DNA of 42,585 nt from Chiloscyllium plagiosum (Eukaryota): the NCBI RefSeq assembly GCF_004010195.1, contig NC_057759.1:1931069-1973653 (forward strand), given 5' to 3'. A program made the translations under genes and the position numbers. This document shows positions 36,678 to 42,585 of this stretch, piece after piece; positions within the stretch are counted from its first letter, which is position 1, and each line of letters begins with the position of its first letter. A model generated the notes under the pieces. The model searched no databases and had not been told where the DNA came from. It was given only the letters and a program-made list of their open reading frames with translations.

Positions 36678-37396
36678 TGCAAGCGGGCATCAGAGCCGCC
36701 CCGCATTTGCCACGGGACTATGCCTACATCGGTAAAACTATAGGAATTCATTTTGTGTTTTAAACGGCAGCCACAGCTTAAACCCACAGAACTCAGCAGC
36801 TGCCGGTCCGGGAGATGGGAGTCAGAGGACAGATCAAATCCACACTCGGCCAGACACTAACCATAACTCATAGACCGAAACTCCGGAGCGAATTAATATG
36901 GAAACCTATCTCCTAATCAAATCAAGAGACTGAGTGAAACACACCCATATTCATCACTACAGAACCATCCTGACACAAAGGACAGGCATCCACCAGACAG
37001 GAACGAACAGACTAATACACACCAGCACCCCAAGGAAACAAAGGGGGGTGCTAGTCCCCAGCCCTCACAGAGAGAGACAAGCAGATATTTCCCGGACCCG
37101 TTCACATAATCCAAATAGCACCCTATTGTGTGTACACTGCAACTCTCCTGGGACCGCAGGAAACCCACCATTTGCACCTACTCCAGCGATGATGGGGAAC
37201 TATCATCCCATTCATACTCAAAATCCTCACATCCTGACAAGGAAAGGTATATAATATGTAGCAGCGTGCGGGAACAGCAGAACAGCCGAGATTCGGACCT
37301 TGGTTGGTCTCTGCCGGTGTTACTGTATCAATAAACGTTACCGATTGTTGAACCGCACTCTGGGCTCGGACTGATATCATTTCATCCGCTCTAACA
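36678..37396 (+). mobile_element. 3' LTR (719 bp) of an ERV-like element
   Basis: TG...CA ends with an imperfect inverted repeat (TGCAAGCGG / CCGCTCTAACA), TATATAA at 37248, AATAAA at 37330; direct repeat of 37935-38667. Confidence 0.9.
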
Positions 37397-37414
37397 GTGG
37401 GAAGGGATTCACTG

Positions 37415-37624
37415 ATTAGATTAGATTACAGTGTGGAAACAGGCCCTTCTGCTCAATAAGTCCACACCGACCCACCGAAGCGAAACCCACCCATACCCCT
37501 ACATTTACCCCTTACCTAACACTACGGGCAATTTAGCATGGCCAATTCACCTGACCCTGCACATCTTTGGACTGTGGGAGGAAACCGGAGCACCCGGAGG
37601 AAACCCACGCAGACACGGGGAGAC
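37415..37624 (-). mobile_element. 5'-truncated shark SINE
   Basis: ATTAGATTAGATTACAGTGTGGAAACAGGCCC..GGCAATTTAGCATGGCCAATTCACC..GCAGACACGGGGAGA. Confidence 0.85.
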
Positions 37625-39225
<1,601 letters not shown>

Positions 39226-39227
39226 AA

Positions 39228-39342
39228 GGGCTACGGGGAGATTGCGGGTAAGTGGAGTTGAAATGCCCATCAGTTATGATTGAATGGTGGAGGGAACTCG
39301 ATGGGCCGAATGGCCTTACTTCCGCTCCTATGTCTTATGGTC
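39228..39342 (+). mobile_element. Short CR1 3' end with TTAA duplication
   Basis: CR1 3' UTR ending TCTTATGGTC; TTAA at 39224 and 39343; absent from the paralogous site near 1100. Confidence 0.8.
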
Positions 39343-40684
39343 TTAATCGATTCCTCCAGCCTGCAAATGAACGAACATGTCCACACTGGGGACAGCCCGC
39401 TCACCATCTGAGAAGGTGGGTGGGTAGAATGTGCGCTTTGACCATGAGCCGTTTTTAAAAACAGCTGCATTTTGTACACCTTTTTGTTGGGGAGATCTGA
39501 AGCAGTAACAAAACTGGGTCGCAATAAAGGTTACTTGAAATTCCCGTCATACTCGGACCTTGAAATCTATGCAATCTAACAGGCTTTCGTTTCAAAGCTG
39601 TTCATTTCTTTCAGCCTCCAGCACTAAGTTTCCACTGTCATCTGTCAGGAGAAGCAGTGAATGAGTAGTTGGTATCATTTAGAAATTGTAATTGTTTTCA
39701 GGAGTGCAGGTATTCCATTGCTTCATTGGCATTGTAAGGTTTACTGGCAGCACCGGGGGAGGTGTGAGCTGTGTTCACTGGAAATTATGTGGAAGAGCCC
39801 ATGTTGGACTGGGGTGGACAAAGTTAATCACACAACACCAGGTTATATTCCAACAGGTTTATTTGGAAGCACTAGCTCTCAGATCACTGCTCCTTCATCA
39901 GGTAGCTATGGAGCAGGACCACAAGAAGCAGAATTTATAGCAAAAGATTAGTGTCATGCAACTGATACCATATAATTTACAAACCTAGAATGCTGTTAAG
40001 TCTTTCATCTTTTAGAATGGGTTGCAAATTTTGGTTCATTTAATATGTTAATCCTCGAGCTTCCTTCAAGTAATATTCTTGACATAACTTCAGGTTTTAA
40101 AAAACGAGATAACATCTCAGCTCAGAAAATGCATGAAGGTTGTGAGGTTAGAGTTTCTCTATATCCCAATCTTGAGTGAGACTGGTTCTAATTTCCAAAG
40201 TAGGAATTTATAAAATGTTATATGGATTGACTGCCTGCAGATTTTGCTCAAACATTGCACAATAGAATGTAATTTCGCAAATGAAAAGTCACTCCAAAGA
40301 CTTGTATGTATTTGTGCATCCATCAGNNNNNNNNNNNNNNNNNNNNNNNNNNNNNNNNNNNNNNNNNNNNNNNNNNNNNNNNNNNNNNNNNNNNNNNNNN
40401 NNNNNNNNNNNNNNNNNNNNNNNNNNNNNNNNNNNNNNNNNNNNNNNNNNNNNNNNNNNNNNNNNNNNNNNNNNNNNNNNNNNNNNNNNNNNNNNNNNNN
40501 NNNNNNNNNNNNNNNNNNNNNNNNNNNNNNNNNNNNNNNNNNNNNNNNNNNNNNNNNNNNNNNNNNNNNNNNNNNNNNNNNNNNNNNNNNNNNNNNNNNN
40601 NNNNNNNNNNNNNNNNNNNNNNNNNNNNNNNNNNNNNNNNNNNNNNNNNNNNNNNNNNNNNNNNNNNNNNNNNNNNNNNNNNNN

Positions 40685-40885
40685 ACGTTCTCCACCTTGT
40701 GTCTGTGTGAGTTACCTCTGGATGCTCAGGTTTCCTCCCACAATTCAAAAATTTGCAGTTTAGGGTGGATTGGCCATGCTAAAGTGTCCAGACATGTGCA
40801 GGTTAGGGTGTATCAGCAATGGGGAACTGCAGGGCTGTAGGGTAAGTGGGTGGGTCTAGTTTGGATGCTGTTCAGAAGCTCATTG
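40685..40885 (+). mobile_element. Shark SINE fragment
   Basis: GTCTGTGTGAGTTACCTCTGGATGCTCAGGTTTCCTCCCAC..GGATTGGCCATGCTAAA. Confidence 0.75.
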
Positions 40886-41278
40886 CCTGCTGTGGGAGGA
40901 ATGGGTTCCAGTTCGTATAACACTTGACATCAGACCTGGCAAAGATGGATTTTTATTGTACTCTCTCCCCCACACTCTGCATCCCGCCATTCTGTCTGAC
41001 TCCAACCCTCTGCTCCCCTTCTCTCTTCCCATATTCTCTTACGCAACCCCGTCCCCCAGTCTCTCTTTCCCCACACTGTTGTCTCCAGTCTTTCTCTTCA
41101 CCCCCACCCTCTGTCCATTTTTTCTATCTCTCCACACCCTCTGCACCCCCCATCTATTCTCTCTCCCTTCCCACCCTAATCCTTTCTCATGCATCAAGCT
41201 CTCTTTGATCTCTGTATCAAGCCCTTCAACAACACAGGGAAAATGGATGGTGATGACTCTACCTGGGAGATGGGAGTG

Positions 41279-41544
41279 CATGAGAAATGGCTGGCCTTTA
41301 AAATTGAGAATAGCTAAAATGATATCTTTAGAAACATCATAAAAAGCTGAAAACATGTTGTTTTATTTAAAAGAGCTTCAGAAATCTTTGACAAAATTGC
41401 TTGAAATATGCCATGAGAAATGGCTGGCCTTTAAAATTGAGAATAGCTAAAATGATATCTTTAGAAACATCATAAAAAGCTGAAAACATGTTGTTTTATT
41501 TAAAAGAGCTTCAGAAATCTTTGACAAAATTGCTTGAAATATGC
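41279..41544. repeat. Perfect 133-bp tandem duplication
   Basis: CATGAGAAATGGCTGG...GAAATATGC at 41279-41411 and 41412-41544. Confidence 0.95.
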
Positions 41545-41629
41545 ACAGTTAGGCCACAGCTGAGGACAGGCTGTAAGGGGTGGATGGTCTATTCCAAGTC
41601 TTGTGCAATTGGTTCTGACTATGTAGAAA

Positions 41630-41915
41630 TCGAGCCATAGAGTTGTAGAGCATGGAAACAAACCTTTCGATCCACACTGACAATCCTAAATTAATATAGT
41701 AACCTATTTGCCAGCATTTGGCCCATATCCCATTAAACCCTTCCTCTTCATATACCCATCTAGATGCCTTTTAAATATTATCATTGTAGCTGCTTCTACC
41801 AATTCCTCTGGCAGCTCATTCAATTCACGCAACACCCTTTGCATGACAAAGTTACCCCTCTGGTCCCTTTTAAATCTTCATCCTCTCACCCTAAAGCTAT
41901 GCCCCTCTAGATTTG
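41630..41915 (-). mobile_element. CR1 LINE 3' fragment (paralogous to 8610-8930)
   Basis: LEGHSFRVRG..NELPEELVE on the minus strand. Confidence 0.8.
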
Positions 41916-42585
41916 GACCGCATTCTACCATGGGGAAACACATACCAAAGTTGAACAGCCAGACAAGATGTAAACAGAATAAAATGTCGAGCCACAGTAG
42001 GGAAAGAAAATTGTGACTGCAGCCTTTTTTTAAATGATTGGCATTTAGACACTTTAAATTTGTCAGTAACACCAGCATCTTCACATAGCGTACAGTGCAT
42101 GCTCCTCGGTGTCAGCAAGCACTATGTTCACCGGTGTCAGCAAAATAATGTGAATGCTCCTCACTCACCGTGGAAATGGCCTGTGACATTTTTACTGGAC
42201 CAATGATAAGCCCTGGACAACTGGACAGAGTGTAGTCCTCCTGCCAGTCACAAACCTTCTTTTGTATGAATGCGGCCATTGGACCATGAGCTTTGGAAGT
42301 TGCTGCTCCTCTCTCTGAATGAAGATTGGGTTTCACCCCAAACTGCAAACTTGCTTCCTCTGTCCAACATCTATGCATACAACACTCTATTTTCTCACCC
42401 CTTTTCCATTTCTTTGTTTCATTCTGGGATTCAATTGTTGACTTGCAGGAACTGAAAGGAAAGGGAGTGAATCCAGGGAGGGGACACACTCTGGGAAAGT
42501 CCATCCAGGATGGGTCTCATTTGGCAAACACGTGGCAAATGCAGGACCACAGTATGAAGTTATAGCCTTTGCTGCAAAAAAAAAG

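Noticed and set aside
36666..36685. Resemblance of the PPT/U3 junction to lentiviral AAAAGGGGGGACTG
   Set aside because: It is a short, functionally constrained purine tract common to many LTR elements; the 4-bp TSD and ORF give no lentiviral support.
36934..37334. ORFs inside the LTRs (also 38319-38651) as accessory genes
   Set aside because: No recognisable motif, and the longest frame is altered by a 2-bp indel between the two LTR copies; the similarity reflects LTR identity only.

Overview
Eukaryotic, repeat-dense vertebrate DNA. The SINE, CR1 and Penelope families present point to a cartilaginous fish, probably a shark (inference from repeat families). There are two assembly gaps, at 35793-36292 and 40327-40684. 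I see no clearly intact host gene. The window holds three disrupted C2H2 zinc-finger loci; the two at the window ends are inverted paralogues. It also has many CR1/LINE, SINE and Penelope-like fragments (some with minimal hammerhead ribozyme motifs), a 28-bp minisatellite, and a 3.6-kb 34-bp satellite interrupted by a young CR1. The ORF track misses several things. (i) An endogenous retrovirus-like element sits inside a zinc-finger exon: a 3' internal fragment with PPT and 3' LTR, plus a solo LTR with a 4-bp TSD and the same right flank; its env-like remnant resembles paramyxovirus F2 (lokiretrovirus-like). (ii) A three-exon Ig-superfamily receptor pseudogene has a split leader (S1, 30-bp S2, Ig domain). 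(iii) There is a degenerate Ig C1 constant-domain exon. (iv) There is an orphan GPR139/142-like first exon.
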